This document shows, piece after piece, positions 36,509 to 46,168 of a DNA stretch of 64,000 nt (positions within the stretch are counted from its first letter, which is position 1; the number at the start of each line of letters is the position of its first letter). Source of the DNA: Planctomycetota bacterium (GTDB taxonomy: Bacteria; Planctomycetota; UBA1135; UBA2386); NCBI GenBank assembly GCA_947501605.1, contig CANMWZ010000001.1:160001-224000 (forward strand). Direction: 5' to 3'. The translations under genes and the position numbers were made by a program. Below the pieces are notes generated by a model, which saw only the letters and a program-made list of their open reading frames with translations, was not told where the DNA came from and searched no databases.

Positions 36509-36559
36509 GTAGAAATCCGAGGTTGGGCACGCCGAACTCGGCGTGGGAAAGGGCGGGGC

Positions 36560-36587
36560 AAGATACCGCCCGGCAAGTGGGTTTCAA
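36560..36587 (-). promoter_or_regulatory. Putative sigma70 promoter of rplU-rpmA-obgE
   Basis: Minus strand TTGAAA-16 nt-TATCTT, followed by leader hairpin CACGCCG-AGTT-CGGCGTG (36528-36545). Confidence 0.45.
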
Positions 36588-36689
36588 GACCCCCTTTTCG
36601 GGCAGGTCGTCACGTGCAACGGGGAAAACAGGGGGGCCGCGTCGGGGACCACGCGGGGGCCAGCGTGCGCCACCCCCACGTCCCAGTGG

Positions 36690-38795
36690 TCATGCTTTCA
36701 CGCCGAGCCCGGCGGGAATCGCGATACGAGCTGCCTGGCCGTCGCCGGTAAGGAAGCGGTAGTGCACGACATCGATCGGGTAGGTCGGCTCAGGCCGGAA
36801 CACGACCGTCTTCCCGACCGCGTCCTCGAGATCGAGGATCGACCGCCGCTTGTAGTTCGAGAGGTAGTCGTTCACGCCCGGGTTGGCGAACACCTGGAGC
36901 ATCGAGTAGCCCTTGAGATTCAGCAACGCCCGAACTTCACGCAGCACGGAGAGCGCCTTGCTCTGCACGGTGCGCGACCATCCCGACCCCTTGCAGTGGG
37001 TGCACTGCATGAACACGGTGCGCTTGAGGCCTGGCCCGACGCGCTGCCGGGTGATCTCCAGCATGCCGAACGGCGAGATGCGACCCACCTTGATGCGGGC
37101 GCGGTCGCCGCGGAGCTCCTCGATCAGCTTCTTCTCGACGGTGCGCCGGTGCTTTTCCTGCGCCATGTCGATGAAGTCGATGATGATCAGTCCACCGAGG
37201 TCGCGCAAACGCAGCTGCAGCACGATGTCCGGGATCGCATCGAGGTTCGTGCGATACGCGGTCTCGTCGAGGTCAGAGCCCGGCTTGAACTTGCCCGAGT
37301 TGACGTCAATCGCGACGAGCGCTTCGGTTTGGTCGATGACAATCGAGGCGCCGCTCGAGAGATCGACCTTTGGCTGGTAGAGAGCCTCGACGTCTTTCTC
37401 AATGCCAAAGCTGTGGAACAACGGCGTTGTCTGCTCGTGCCGCTTGATCCGATCGGCCATGTGCGGCATCAGCTTTTCGGCGAAGTCGCGGATGCGTAGA
37501 TAGACATCCTCGCTATCCACCACGACCTCAGCAATGTCGGGCGTGAACAGGTCGCGCATCGCCTTCAGAACGAGGTCGGACTCCTGATAGAGCAGGGCAG
37601 GTGCGCGCGTGACCTTGAGTCTTGCTGCGACCATCTCCCAGATCTTCTTGAGGTAGTCGCGGTCGCGCTGCAGGTCCGCGAGTGACTTGTTGACGCCAGC
37701 AGTGCGCACGATGAAGCCAATGCCGCCGTGCCCCGTCTCGTCGAGTTCGCGCACGATGCGCTTGAGGCGCTTGCGCTCCTTCGGGTCCTCGATTTTCCGC
37801 GACACGCCGCACTTCGGCAGACTCGGCATGACCACGAGGCAGCGACCCGGCATCGACACGTAGGTCGTCAGCGTCGGTCCCTTGGTGCCGATCCCTTCCT
37901 TGGTGATCTGGACGACGACTTCTTGCCCTCTCTTGAGCAGTTGGTCGATCGTTGGGCGCTGGCGACGCGCGACCGGCTGGGGCCGTTCGCGGCCGCGGCC
38001 GCGGCGGCGACCGCGGCGACCCTTGACGGCCGCGACGCCATCGCCCGCCTCGGCATTGTCGTTGTCATGGGCAGCATCCGTGCCATCGGGATCGCCCGCA
38101 GCAGCGCCGTCCGTCAGTGACTCCACACCTTCACCGTCGTCGGCTCGGGCTGTCGCGTGACCATCGGCATGGTCTTCGCCGTGCCCGCCTGCTGGTTCGG
38201 CGTCCGAAGGAACGGTGTCACTACCGTGGTCGTCGTGATCGTGGCTGTCGTGGGAATGCGCTTCGTCGCCGGCATGTGGGCCGGCGAACTCAGCGTGATC
38301 TTCAGCATGGTCGCCGTGGTCGTGCCCATCCCCATGCGACTCATGCTCCACACTACCAACCGATTCGGCATGCGCCGTCGGCGAAGTGGAAGCGTGGTCG
38401 TCATCGGCGTGCGCAGGCTCGGCACCATCCGTCTCAGTAGTCGAGGCAGGGCCGTCGTCGTCCTCGTCGTCTGCGAGCGCCTGCTGAACCGACTCCGGTC
38501 CATCATCGACGTCGACACGAGCGCGGCCTTCGATCACATCCTCGAGCTGAAAGTCGGGGCGACCGTAGGCCGGCAACACGTCGCTGACATGCAAGAAGCC
38601 GTTGACGCGACCGCCAAAGCTGACAAACGCCGCGCCGATGCTCGGCTCGATGTTGACAACTTTGCCCTTATAGACGTTACCGAGATAGGCCTCCCGGTTC
38701 GCCAACTCGACGTGCAACTCCTGCAGCACGCCATTCTCGACCACTGCAATCCGGCTCTCCTCCGGATCCAGGGCGTTCACCAACATCCTCTTCAA
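36690..38795 (-). CDS. rne: Ribonuclease E/G family
   Basis: Start at TTG 38795 with AGGAG RBS gives MKRMLVNA; GNVYKGKV, AAFV..G...GFLH, KGPTLTT, IDVNSG, LRLRDLGGLIIIDFIDM, CTHCKG. Confidence 0.9.
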   Translation of the reverse strand: MKRMLVNALDPEESRIAVVENGVLQELHVELANREAYLGNVYKGKVVNIEPSIGAAFVSFGGRVNGFLHVSDVLPAYGRPDFQLEDVIEGRARVDVDDGPESVQQALADDEDDDGPASTTETDGAEPAHADDDHASTSPTAHAESVGSVEHESHGDGHDHGDHAEDHAEFAGPHAGDEAHSHDSHDHDDHGSDTVPSDAEPAGGHGEDHADGHATARADDGEGVESLTDGAAAGDPDGTDAAHDNDNAEAGDGVAAVKGRRGRRRGRGRERPQPVARRQRPTIDQLLKRGQEVVVQITKEGIGTKGPTLTTYVSMPGRCLVVMPSLPKCGVSRKIEDPKERKRLKRIVRELDETGHGGIGFIVRTAGVNKSLADLQRDRDYLKKIWEMVAARLKVTRAPALLYQESDLVLKAMRDLFTPDIAEVVVDSEDVYLRIRDFAEKLMPHMADRIKRHEQTTPLFHSFGIEKDVEALYQPKVDLSSGASIVIDQTEALVAIDVNSGKFKPGSDLDETAYRTNLDAIPDIVLQLRLRDLGGLIIIDFIDMAQEKHRRTVEKKLIEELRGDRARIKVGRISPFGMLEITRQRVGPGLKRTVFMQCTHCKGSGWSRTVQSKALSVLREVRALLNLKGYSMLQVFANPGVNDYLSNYKRRSILDLEDAVGKTVVFRPEPTYPIDVVHYRFLTGDGQAARIAIPAGLGVKA

Positions 38796-39276
38796 GGGAA
38801 TCTCCTGGGAAGCGAACACCGCGACGATGCGCGGTGGTCCGGGGAGTCGAGCCACGCGCCATGGCGCGCGCATTCGCGGTCCGAGCTTCTGCCGACGGCA
38901 GGCGGACCGGACGACCCCCACAGAACAAGACCAAAACCGATCCACGGTGCACTCGCCGACAGTCGCGAGCGCTGAACCGCGGCGTGTTCGCCGCAGCGCT
39001 TGCTGCTGGTTCGACCGATTGACAGTGCACCATGGGCATTCCTTGTGGAACGGACCCGCCAGGTGGCGGTCCGAGCCTGCGACCCCCGGCCGCAGGCGGC
39101 GAGATCCTAGGGCTCCGGGAGATCCGGCTCAACGCTACAGTCGCAGCCGTTCGAAACGACCGCGTGCGGAGCTCGCCATAGTCGGCCTGGTTCGCGCGGC
39201 CCAGCCGCTACCCCACCACCAACCAAGACCCGTTGTCGGTGGCTGCTCAACCCGAGGCAGCCACCGATCGGCCGGC

Positions 39277-41181
39277 TCAGCGGTCCTTGCCGAAGACGGC
39301 GTCGCGCTCGCGACCGAAGTCCTGCATGCGCTCCTTGAGAGCGTTCTGGAAGTGCAGGTCCGTGTCCTCAGCGCTGCGAATCAGGTTCGGCGTGATGAAG
39401 ACGATCAGGTTCGACTTCACGTCCTGCGTCTGCTTGTTCTTGAACAAGTAGCCGAGGATCGGGATATCGCCGAGCAGCGGCAGCTTGATCTCGGTCTCCG
39501 TCTGCGTCTCGCTGACGAGGCCGCCGAGCACGGCGGTCTGACCACTGCGCAGCAGGACCTTCGTGGCGATCGTGCTCGAGCCGACGCGCGGCAGTGCGAT
39601 CGTGCCTTCCTGGCCACCCGAGCCGAGCTGGAAGATGTCGAAGCCAGCCGGCGACGTCGCCGAGCCCGTGCCGGTGCCCGTGAGCGCCGTGCGCTGCGGG
39701 ATGACCTCGAGAATCACCTTGTCCGTGCCCGGGACGACATGCGGCGTTGCCAGCAGCTGGAAGCCGACGTTGACGGGAGAGTCATCGCCTTCTTCGAGCG
39801 CCAGCAATAGGCCACCGGCCTGCCCCTGCTCGACACGCGACTGCGCGTAACGCACGGCTTCGCCAACGAAAATGGTCGCGGGCTGGTGATCCAGTGCGAC
39901 GATCTTCGGTGCCTGCGTGATTTCGGACCGCGCATCCTTCTTCAGCAGACGAAGCGTCGCCGTCACCTGCGTGAAGTCGAGCTTGCCGAACACGACGTTC
40001 GGGACGGTCGTCGCCACGTTGCCGTTGGCCACTGGATCGACGAACGGACCCGTGCCGGTGTCGTTGGCAATCACACTGTCGTCCCAGCCACCAGCGCCCA
40101 AGTCGAACGGCAGGCGCGTCGGAATCTGGCCGAGGCCGAGAATCGCCGTGTAGCCGTTGCCACCTGGTGAGATTCCGATGTCGAGAACGTCCTCGTTCGT
40201 GGTCGTCACGAACTTGATGTCGAGGTAGATCTGGGCCGGCTCGATGTCGATCAGCGCAACGATGCGCTTGATCTCGTCGACGACGGGTCGCGTGTCCTTG
40301 ATCAACATGACGTTCTGAACGTCGTCGTAGTCGATCGTGCCGATTTCCGGGGTCGTCAGGCGCTTGAGCGAATCGAGGAGCGTGAACTCGATGCGATTCT
40401 GCCCCTGACCCTGCTGCATGACGTTGTTGCCCTGACGGTTCTGGACGTACTCCGACGTCAGAAACGGCACGTAGATCGAGCGCGGACGCACGTAGCGCAG
40501 CGGAATCGCCTCGAAGACGAGGTCCTGCTGCACCTTCGCCGAAGAGACCACGCGGAGGATGCCGCGATCTTCCACCACGACAAAGCCAAGCGTCTTGACG
40601 GCCGCGTCAAGTGTATCGCGCCAGGGGATGTTCTTCAGACGCAGCGAGATCTGCCCCTTCACCTCGGGTGCAGTCATGATGTTCGCGCCACTGATCTTGC
40701 TGATCGTGTCGATCACCATGCCGATGTCAGCGTTCTCGAAAGCGAACGTGCAGCGCGGCGGCTTCTCCACCTTCAACACCCCGCCGTCGAGCTCCGTCAC
40801 CACGCAGTCAGCCTGCTCGGCGACGAGATCAAGAGCCTGGCGCCAGTGCACATCGGAGAGGTCGATCGACACAGTCGACTCGATGCCCGGCTCCATGATG
40901 ATGTTGACGTTCGCCTTCCGGCGAATGCTCGCGATGACATCGCGCAGATCGCGGTCCTTCAGGCGCAGCGTGAGCCTGCTGGACCGATCGCCCATCGCCT
41001 GGGTCTCGATGTCATCACCGACACCCTGCGGCTTCTGCGCGGCCGGCTCCTTCGCTGGAACCGGGTCTTGGGGCTTCGGCGCGTCCTGAGCCGGGGAGGC
41101 CGCCATTCCAGCGGCAAGAAGGGCAAGAGCGCCCGTGGTCAACGAACGGCCGAGGGGCCGGAGCCAAGTGAATGCCTGCAT
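39277..41181 (-). CDS. pilQ: Secretin (PilQ/GspD family)
   Basis: Signal peptide; two N0-like units (W..ALD..; ISLRLKNIPW); QI.L..KFV; P.I...D...A.I.VG; KLPLLGDIPILGYLFK; LIVFITP; follows pilMNO. Start at ATG 41181 preferred (alternatives 41226, 41271). Confidence 0.85.
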   Translation of the reverse strand: MQAFTWLRPLGRSLTTGALALLAAGMAASPAQDAPKPQDPVPAKEPAAQKPQGVGDDIETQAMGDRSSRLTLRLKDRDLRDVIASIRRKANVNIIMEPGIESTVSIDLSDVHWRQALDLVAEQADCVVTELDGGVLKVEKPPRCTFAFENADIGMVIDTISKISGANIMTAPEVKGQISLRLKNIPWRDTLDAAVKTLGFVVVEDRGILRVVSSAKVQQDLVFEAIPLRYVRPRSIYVPFLTSEYVQNRQGNNVMQQGQGQNRIEFTLLDSLKRLTTPEIGTIDYDDVQNVMLIKDTRPVVDEIKRIVALIDIEPAQIYLDIKFVTTTNEDVLDIGISPGGNGYTAILGLGQIPTRLPFDLGAGGWDDSVIANDTGTGPFVDPVANGNVATTVPNVVFGKLDFTQVTATLRLLKKDARSEITQAPKIVALDHQPATIFVGEAVRYAQSRVEQGQAGGLLLALEEGDDSPVNVGFQLLATPHVVPGTDKVILEVIPQRTALTGTGTGSATSPAGFDIFQLGSGGQEGTIALPRVGSSTIATKVLLRSGQTAVLGGLVSETQTETEIKLPLLGDIPILGYLFKNKQTQDVKSNLIVFITPNLIRSAEDTDLHFQNALKERMQDFGRERDAVFGKDR

Positions 41182-41373
41182 CTTCGATCCTTTTCCCGCA
41201 GCCGGGAAGTCGGGTTGATTCGCCATTGCGGTCGGCGCCGCAGCGGCACCGACCAGGGGGTCCGTCTCCATCGTCGCAGCGCCTACCAGCCCTTTAGGGG
41301 ATTTGCGCTACAGCGTCGTTCGCTTACGTCGACGCGCGACTGCCGTGGCAGTCGCTCCTTCCTGCTCACGCGC

Positions 41374-42798
41374 TCACAGGGTCCTGATCAGCGTCAGGCC
41401 ACGGAACACGAACCAGACCTGCTCCTCTTCGACGCGGCGCAGCATCAACTCATCGCTGATGTACTCACCTTCCTCGAAGACGTTGCCATTGAGCAGCACG
41501 CCCGAACGCCCACCCTCGTGGTTGACGACGACGCCCTGGATCTTGAGGTCCAGCGCGCTGAAGTCGATCGCCGTCTGCACCCGGACCTGCAGGACCTTGG
41601 CAGCAACTGCCAACGAGTACCGCGGATCCGACTCGGGCACCAAAAGGCGCGGGGAGATCGCCTCGAATCGATCGCTCGCCGACTGCAGGTCACCCTCGGT
41701 GAGGAGCTGTGACATGCTGTCGACCAGTTGCTGCATCTCGTCGGCGGAGAGGTAGGGGTCACGCATTTCGCGCTCGCTCTTCCCACCGCGCGTGCTCTTC
41801 ATGTCCGCAAGCGGCTCGACAACCTCATTGACCCAGCGCTGGCGCAAGGTCGGCGAGGTGATCTGCTGCTTCTGGGTCACTTCCTGCACAGCTTCTTCGA
41901 GCTTGGTCAGACCTTCCTTCAGTTCGCGCTCGAACGTGAACTGATCGAAGATCGTGAGGTCAGGCTTCGCCAGCTTGAGATTGACCGCGCGCAGGCGCTG
42001 AACCTCGCCGAGATAGCGCTCGAGGATCGCACGCTGCTCTTCGATCGGCGCACCCTCCGCCTGACCTTCGCGCTCGCGTGGATCGACGAAGATGTCGCGA
42101 CGACCGCGGCTGCCGCGATGCTCGTAGCGATCGAGACGAATCGGCTGCATGCGCTTGACGATCTCTTCGCGCAGCAGGTCCTTCTTGTCGTTGTAGTCCG
42201 GGATGGTGACGTCCTGACCCGTGCTAGCCGGGTTGTAGGTGTACGTCTCCATCGTCAGTTTGATCGAGTGCACGACATCGCCGTCCCGAGTCTCGGACTC
42301 ACGCGCCGTCACCGGAGTGATCGCGAAGTCCGTGATCGAAACCAAGCGCTCGTAGTTCTCGATGCTGTTGATGAACTTCATGAACTGCCAGAGCGTGGCA
42401 GTCAGTTCGTACTGGTACTCGATGCGCTCGAAGCGTTCGACCACCTTGCCGTCCTTGCGGGCGGGGCGACTCGGTTGGAAGTTGATCGTCTGGATGCCCG
42501 AGCTGCGCTCGAACTGGTTGAGCATCTTGACGAAGTCCTCGAGGCCCTGGTCCTCGGGCAGGATCTTCACGTACTCACCCAAGTTCTCGCGCAAGATCAC
42601 TACTTCCTTCTCGGTCGAAGGGACCTTGGCGATCTTCGCCTCGGCTGCAGCGATCTCGGTTCGCTTCTGTTCGATGGTCTGTTCGAGTTCTTCGATCAGG
42701 CCACTCGCCCAAACCACTCCAGCACCGGCGATCAGGCAAATGCCGAGGGCGGCACCGCCGACAGCGAGCATCTTTTGCTTCTCAGTCAATTTGGCCAC
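41374..42798 (-). CDS. pilO: PilO-like protein with C-terminal PilP-like region (apparent fusion)
   Basis: TM plus coiled coil; ILP; F.KFINSIENYERLVSI (PilO); then RRDIF motif and terminal LKIQGVV...VLLNG...GE beta domain. Confidence 0.7.
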   Translation of the reverse strand: MAKLTEKQKMLAVGGAALGICLIAGAGVVWASGLIEELEQTIEQKRTEIAAAEAKIAKVPSTEKEVVILRENLGEYVKILPEDQGLEDFVKMLNQFERSSGIQTINFQPSRPARKDGKVVERFERIEYQYELTATLWQFMKFINSIENYERLVSITDFAITPVTARESETRDGDVVHSIKLTMETYTYNPASTGQDVTIPDYNDKKDLLREEIVKRMQPIRLDRYEHRGSRGRRDIFVDPREREGQAEGAPIEEQRAILERYLGEVQRLRAVNLKLAKPDLTIFDQFTFERELKEGLTKLEEAVQEVTQKQQITSPTLRQRWVNEVVEPLADMKSTRGGKSEREMRDPYLSADEMQQLVDSMSQLLTEGDLQSASDRFEAISPRLLVPESDPRYSLAVAAKVLQVRVQTAIDFSALDLKIQGVVVNHEGGRSGVLLNGNVFEEGEYISDELMLRRVEEEQVWFVFRGLTLIRTL

Positions 42799-42810
42799 GG
42801 GTCACCTCCG

Positions 42811-43461
42811 TCACTTCGGGGTTTTGGGGGCGGGCTTCTTCTTCGGGGCTTCCGCGACCATGGGTTTGAGCTGCATCTGCAGCTGGTACACGAACGAGTC
42901 GCCCGGCACGCGGTCCTTGTCGAAAGCGTACTTGCCGCCAGGAGCGGTCTTCGAGGCAACGTCCGCGAAGAACGGGGCGCGCTGGATGTCCTCGTGCAGA
43001 TTGGCGACCTTCGCCATTTCGGTTCCTACGACGGCGCCAGGCAGCGTGATCGTTGCCGCGCGGTTCTTCTTGTCGGTCTTGACCGTCAAGCTGCTGAACC
43101 ACGCAAGATGGCGTTCGCTCTCGCCGCTGCTGTTCACGACGTCCACCATCTCATCCATGAACTTCGACCACGCGCGACGCGACTTGCCGATGTCCTGAAT
43201 GGTCTGGACGCGCGCCGAGTAGTCTTGGCGGTTGACCTCGAGCTTGTCGTAGTAGGCGCCCTTGACTGACTTCTGCGCCAGCTCTTCTGAGATCGCGACG
43301 TCGGTGCGCTCAAGCTGACCGAGCTCGCCGAAGTAGACGATGCCGAACCAGCCGATGCTGGCCGCGACGGCAAGGGCAGAACCGAAGGCCGTTGCCAGCA
43401 CCTTCGGCGGGATGCGATTGCCGCGCCGGTAGTCGGCGGGCAGCAGGTTGATGCGAATCAT
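42811..43461 (-). CDS. pilN: Type IV pilus assembly protein PilN
   Basis: MIRINLLP motif, TM, coiled coil; start at ATG 43461 with GGAGG RBS. Confidence 0.85.
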   Translation of the reverse strand: MIRINLLPADYRRGNRIPPKVLATAFGSALAVAASIGWFGIVYFGELGQLERTDVAISEELAQKSVKGAYYDKLEVNRQDYSARVQTIQDIGKSRRAWSKFMDEMVDVVNSSGESERHLAWFSSLTVKTDKKNRAATITLPGAVVGTEMAKVANLHEDIQRAPFFADVASKTAPGGKYAFDKDRVPGDSFVYQLQMQLKPMVAEAPKKKPAPKTPK

Positions 43462-43480
43462 TGTCTTGGTTCCTCCCGGA

Positions 43481-44503
43481 TCAGGCGCCGGCCGCAAGGC
43501 CGACTGCGACCGCGAGCTGGGGCGCAAACTGGTTGAGTGCTTCGACGTCGACGTTGTCCGACCGGACCTTCAGGCCCTCGATCGGGTTCCAGACGCGGGT
43601 GCGTTTCTCGAAGATCTTCTCGAGGCCTTCCTCGAGGAACGGCAGCAACACCGCGCCACCCGTCAGCAGCACTTCCTGAACCTCACCGTCGTTCTGGTTC
43701 TCGAAGAAGTCGAAGGACAGGTTGATCTCGTTGCCCAGGTCCTCAAGCACCTGTGCGACAGCCTCCTGAACGACGGACATCTGCTCGCCGGGATCCCGCT
43801 TCAGCGCCTCAGCCGCCGCCGTCTCGATGCCGACGCGACGCGTGATCGCCTGCGTCAGGTCATCGCCACCCATCGGAACCTCTCGTGCGAAGCACGAGAT
43901 GTTGTTCCGCAGGATGTTGATGCTCGCCTTGGTTGCTCCGATGTCGATCAGCGCCACCGTGCGGCCACCTTCTCGAACGCCGGGGTTGACGACATCCGAC
44001 AGCTCGTAGGCATTGCCGAGTGCGAAGCCATCGATGCCGACGCTGACGGGTTGCAGACCGATCTCGGTCAGCATCCGTGCATGGTCGTCGAGCACCGTGC
44101 GCTTGGCGGCGGTCAGAAGCACCTTCGCTTCGGACTTACCGCCTTCGCCGGTCGTGGAGGACAGCTTTTGTGCGTCCATCTCGACTTCGCTGACATCGAA
44201 CGGGATGTACTTGTCCGCTTCGAACCGCACGGCCTGCTGCAGGCGATCGTCCGGCACATCCACCATGGTGATGTAGCGAAAGATCACGCTCTTGCCGCTA
44301 ACCGCCGTGGCGACTCGCTTGGTGCGGAATCGACCAGCGCGGAACAGCTCCGCTACGGCCTCGTTCCGCCCTTGCTCGTCAGGGACCTCGATCTGGGCAT
44401 AGCCCGTGATGACGAAGTCGTACTTGTCTTGGGTGATCTCGACGGCCTTGATGCAGCTCGTACCGATGTCGAGACCGACGATGCTCTTGCGCTGCTTCAG
44501 CAT
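43481..44503 (-). CDS. pilM: Type IV pilus assembly protein PilM
   Basis: IVGLDIGTSCIKAVE, EA.KYIPF, ALIDIGA, GG.DLT, LTGG, AVAVGLA; start at ATG 44503. Confidence 0.92.
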   Translation of the reverse strand: MLKQRKSIVGLDIGTSCIKAVEITQDKYDFVITGYAQIEVPDEQGRNEAVAELFRAGRFRTKRVATAVSGKSVIFRYITMVDVPDDRLQQAVRFEADKYIPFDVSEVEMDAQKLSSTTGEGGKSEAKVLLTAAKRTVLDDHARMLTEIGLQPVSVGIDGFALGNAYELSDVVNPGVREGGRTVALIDIGATKASINILRNNISCFAREVPMGGDDLTQAITRRVGIETAAAEALKRDPGEQMSVVQEAVAQVLEDLGNEINLSFDFFENQNDGEVQEVLLTGGAVLLPFLEEGLEKIFEKRTRVWNPIEGLKVRSDNVDVEALNQFAPQLAVAVGLAAGA

Positions 44504-44659
44504 TGCGTCCTGCGCTCCTTTGCGCGCTCCGTTGCGGGGTGGACCGATCCATGGCACCTATCGGCCAAGAGCCCGTCGCGTATTGAGCCGCGTTCGATTC
44601 GCCGAGCGGCGGCCCTCCCCGGAACCGCGGGATCGACGCCCTCCTGCACCACCCGGAAC

Positions 44660-44725
44660 GACCCCTCAGTTGGGCCTAGGCTTGCCCTCAGTTTTGCCAA
44701 GGCTTGCCCGCAGCTGTGCCAAGGC
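44660..44725. repeat. Three degenerate 22-bp direct repeats upstream of pilM
   Basis: gacccctcagttgggcctaggc / ttgccctcagttttgccaaggc / ttgcccgcagctgtgccaaggc. Confidence 0.75.
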
Positions 44726-44859
44726 CTGAAGGGAGCCCAACTTCCGCAACGACCGCTGGTAGCGCACCGGCTTCCGTGACGCCCAAGTCCATCGCCGCAT
44801 CGACTCGAGATTTCCCAGGCTGGGACTTCTCGGCCAGCGCCGGGAATGCGACCGAGTTC

Positions 44860-45150
44860 CTACTCTTCGCCGAAGCCGGCTTCGACCAACTCGACGAGCG
44901 CCCGCACCTGCTGATCGGCGTCGGGTCCCTCGGCGTGCAGTTCCAGCATCGCGCCGCGCTCGGCGGCGAGCATCATCATCCCCATGATCGACTTCCCATC
45001 GACCTGTTCGTCTTCACCCTGACGGCGAACATGGATGCGGCTGGCGTAAGCATTGGCCGTCTGGACAAACAGGTGCGCCGGTCGAGCATGCAGCCCGTCG
45101 CGGTTGCGCAGCGCAACCTGCACCTTGCAGATCTTCTCAGCGTCAGCCAT
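44860..45150 (-). CDS. HPr/NPr phosphocarrier protein
   Basis: GLHARPA (phospho-His), VDGKSIMGMMML (regulatory Ser); start at ATG 45150. Confidence 0.93.
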   Translation of the reverse strand: MADAEKICKVQVALRNRDGLHARPAHLFVQTANAYASRIHVRRQGEDEQVDGKSIMGMMMLAAERGAMLELHAEGPDADQQVRALVELVEAGFGEE

Positions 45151-45157
45151 GCGAGCC

Positions 45158-45622
45158 CTACTTCTTTGGCGACAACTCGCGGAGCAGTTCCCGCATCTGG
45201 TCGACACCGCGGGCGTCAGTCAGGAAGCGGCGGAAGTCGGGGTTGCGTGCGAGCGTTGAGATCCACCGCAGGCACTGCAGATGGGACTCCGGGTCACCCG
45301 CTGGGGAGACCACCAGAAACATTATCGAAACCGGGCGGCCGTCGATCGCCTGCCACTCGATCGGCACGGTGGCACGAGCCAACACCATCGATGGAGCGAC
45401 GATGTCCTCGTGCTTCAAGTGCGGGACCGCGACGCCATTGCCAAGCCCGGTGCTCCCGATCGCTTCCCGATCGAGGAGCTTCTTCCCGAGAACAGCCACC
45501 AATTTCTTGGCAACCACGCCTTCGGCCTGGGCGGCGCCGAGCAACTCCTTGAGTGCGGCGTCCTTGGTCTTGGCCTTCACCTCCGCCAGGATGGTGGCGG
45601 ACGTTACCAGCGTGTCGATCAT
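45158..45622 (-). CDS. ptsN: PTS EIIA (Ntr/Fru-type) component
   Basis: REAIGSTGLGNGVAVPH, IEW.AIDG.PV; downstream of rpoN and hpf. Confidence 0.85.
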   Translation of the reverse strand: MIDTLVTSATILAEVKAKTKDAALKELLGAAQAEGVVAKKLVAVLGKKLLDREAIGSTGLGNGVAVPHLKHEDIVAPSMVLARATVPIEWQAIDGRPVSIMFLVVSPAGDPESHLQCLRWISTLARNPDFRRFLTDARGVDQMRELLRELSPKK

Positions 45623-45720
45623 GTTCAGGTAGGCTGCGGGCAGGGGCGGCCGGTGGCGCCGACGAATGTCGGCGCGTTGGGCCTCGGGGTCCCGGTGGCC
45701 CGGCCACCGGGCCTAGGGTC

Positions 45721-46140
45721 TTACCCCCGCAGAGTCTTGCGGACAACTTCCTCGTAGGTCTCCTCTGCGGCAGCCTTCTTCTTGGCCTTAGCCTTCTCCG
45801 GCTTTGCGGAGCCTTCTTTGCCTCCAGGGATCTTGTGGTCCTTCAAGATCTCCTTCGCCTTTTTCAGCTGCTTCTCCATCTTGGCGACGAGCAAATCGAT
45901 GGTGGCGGCAAAGGTCTTGCCCTGGTCCTTCGCGATCAGAGGCTTGCCCCGGCGCATGTGCACGATCAGCTCCACTTCGGGCGATTCGTGGGCATGGTCG
46001 GCCACCACTTCGATGCGCGCAATGCGGTCATTGTAGCGCCCTAGCTTGTCCAGCTTCTTGGCAGCATGCTCCTGCATGCGCTCGGAGATGTGGTCGTGGC
46101 GGCCCTTGAACTCGATCGTCACTTCGTCATCGTTGGTCAT
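45721..46140 (-). CDS. hpf: Ribosome hibernation promoting factor (HPF/RaiA family) with basic C-terminal tail
   Basis: I..KGRH...M..HA.KKL.KL..Y, F.A.ID....K.EKQLKK.K; start at ATG 46140. Confidence 0.85.
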   Translation of the reverse strand: MTNDDEVTIEFKGRHDHISERMQEHAAKKLDKLGRYNDRIARIEVVADHAHESPEVELIVHMRRGKPLIAKDQGKTFAATIDLLVAKMEKQLKKAKEILKDHKIPGGKEGSAKPEKAKAKKKAAAEETYEEVVRKTLRG

Positions 46141-46168
46141 CAGTACTCCTGCGGCTGTGCCGCGAGAC

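Noticed and set aside
38796..39276. Small CDS in the 480-bp gap upstream of rne
   Set aside because: Candidate ORFs lack an RBS, motifs or coding-like composition; more plausibly a long 5' UTR or promoter region.
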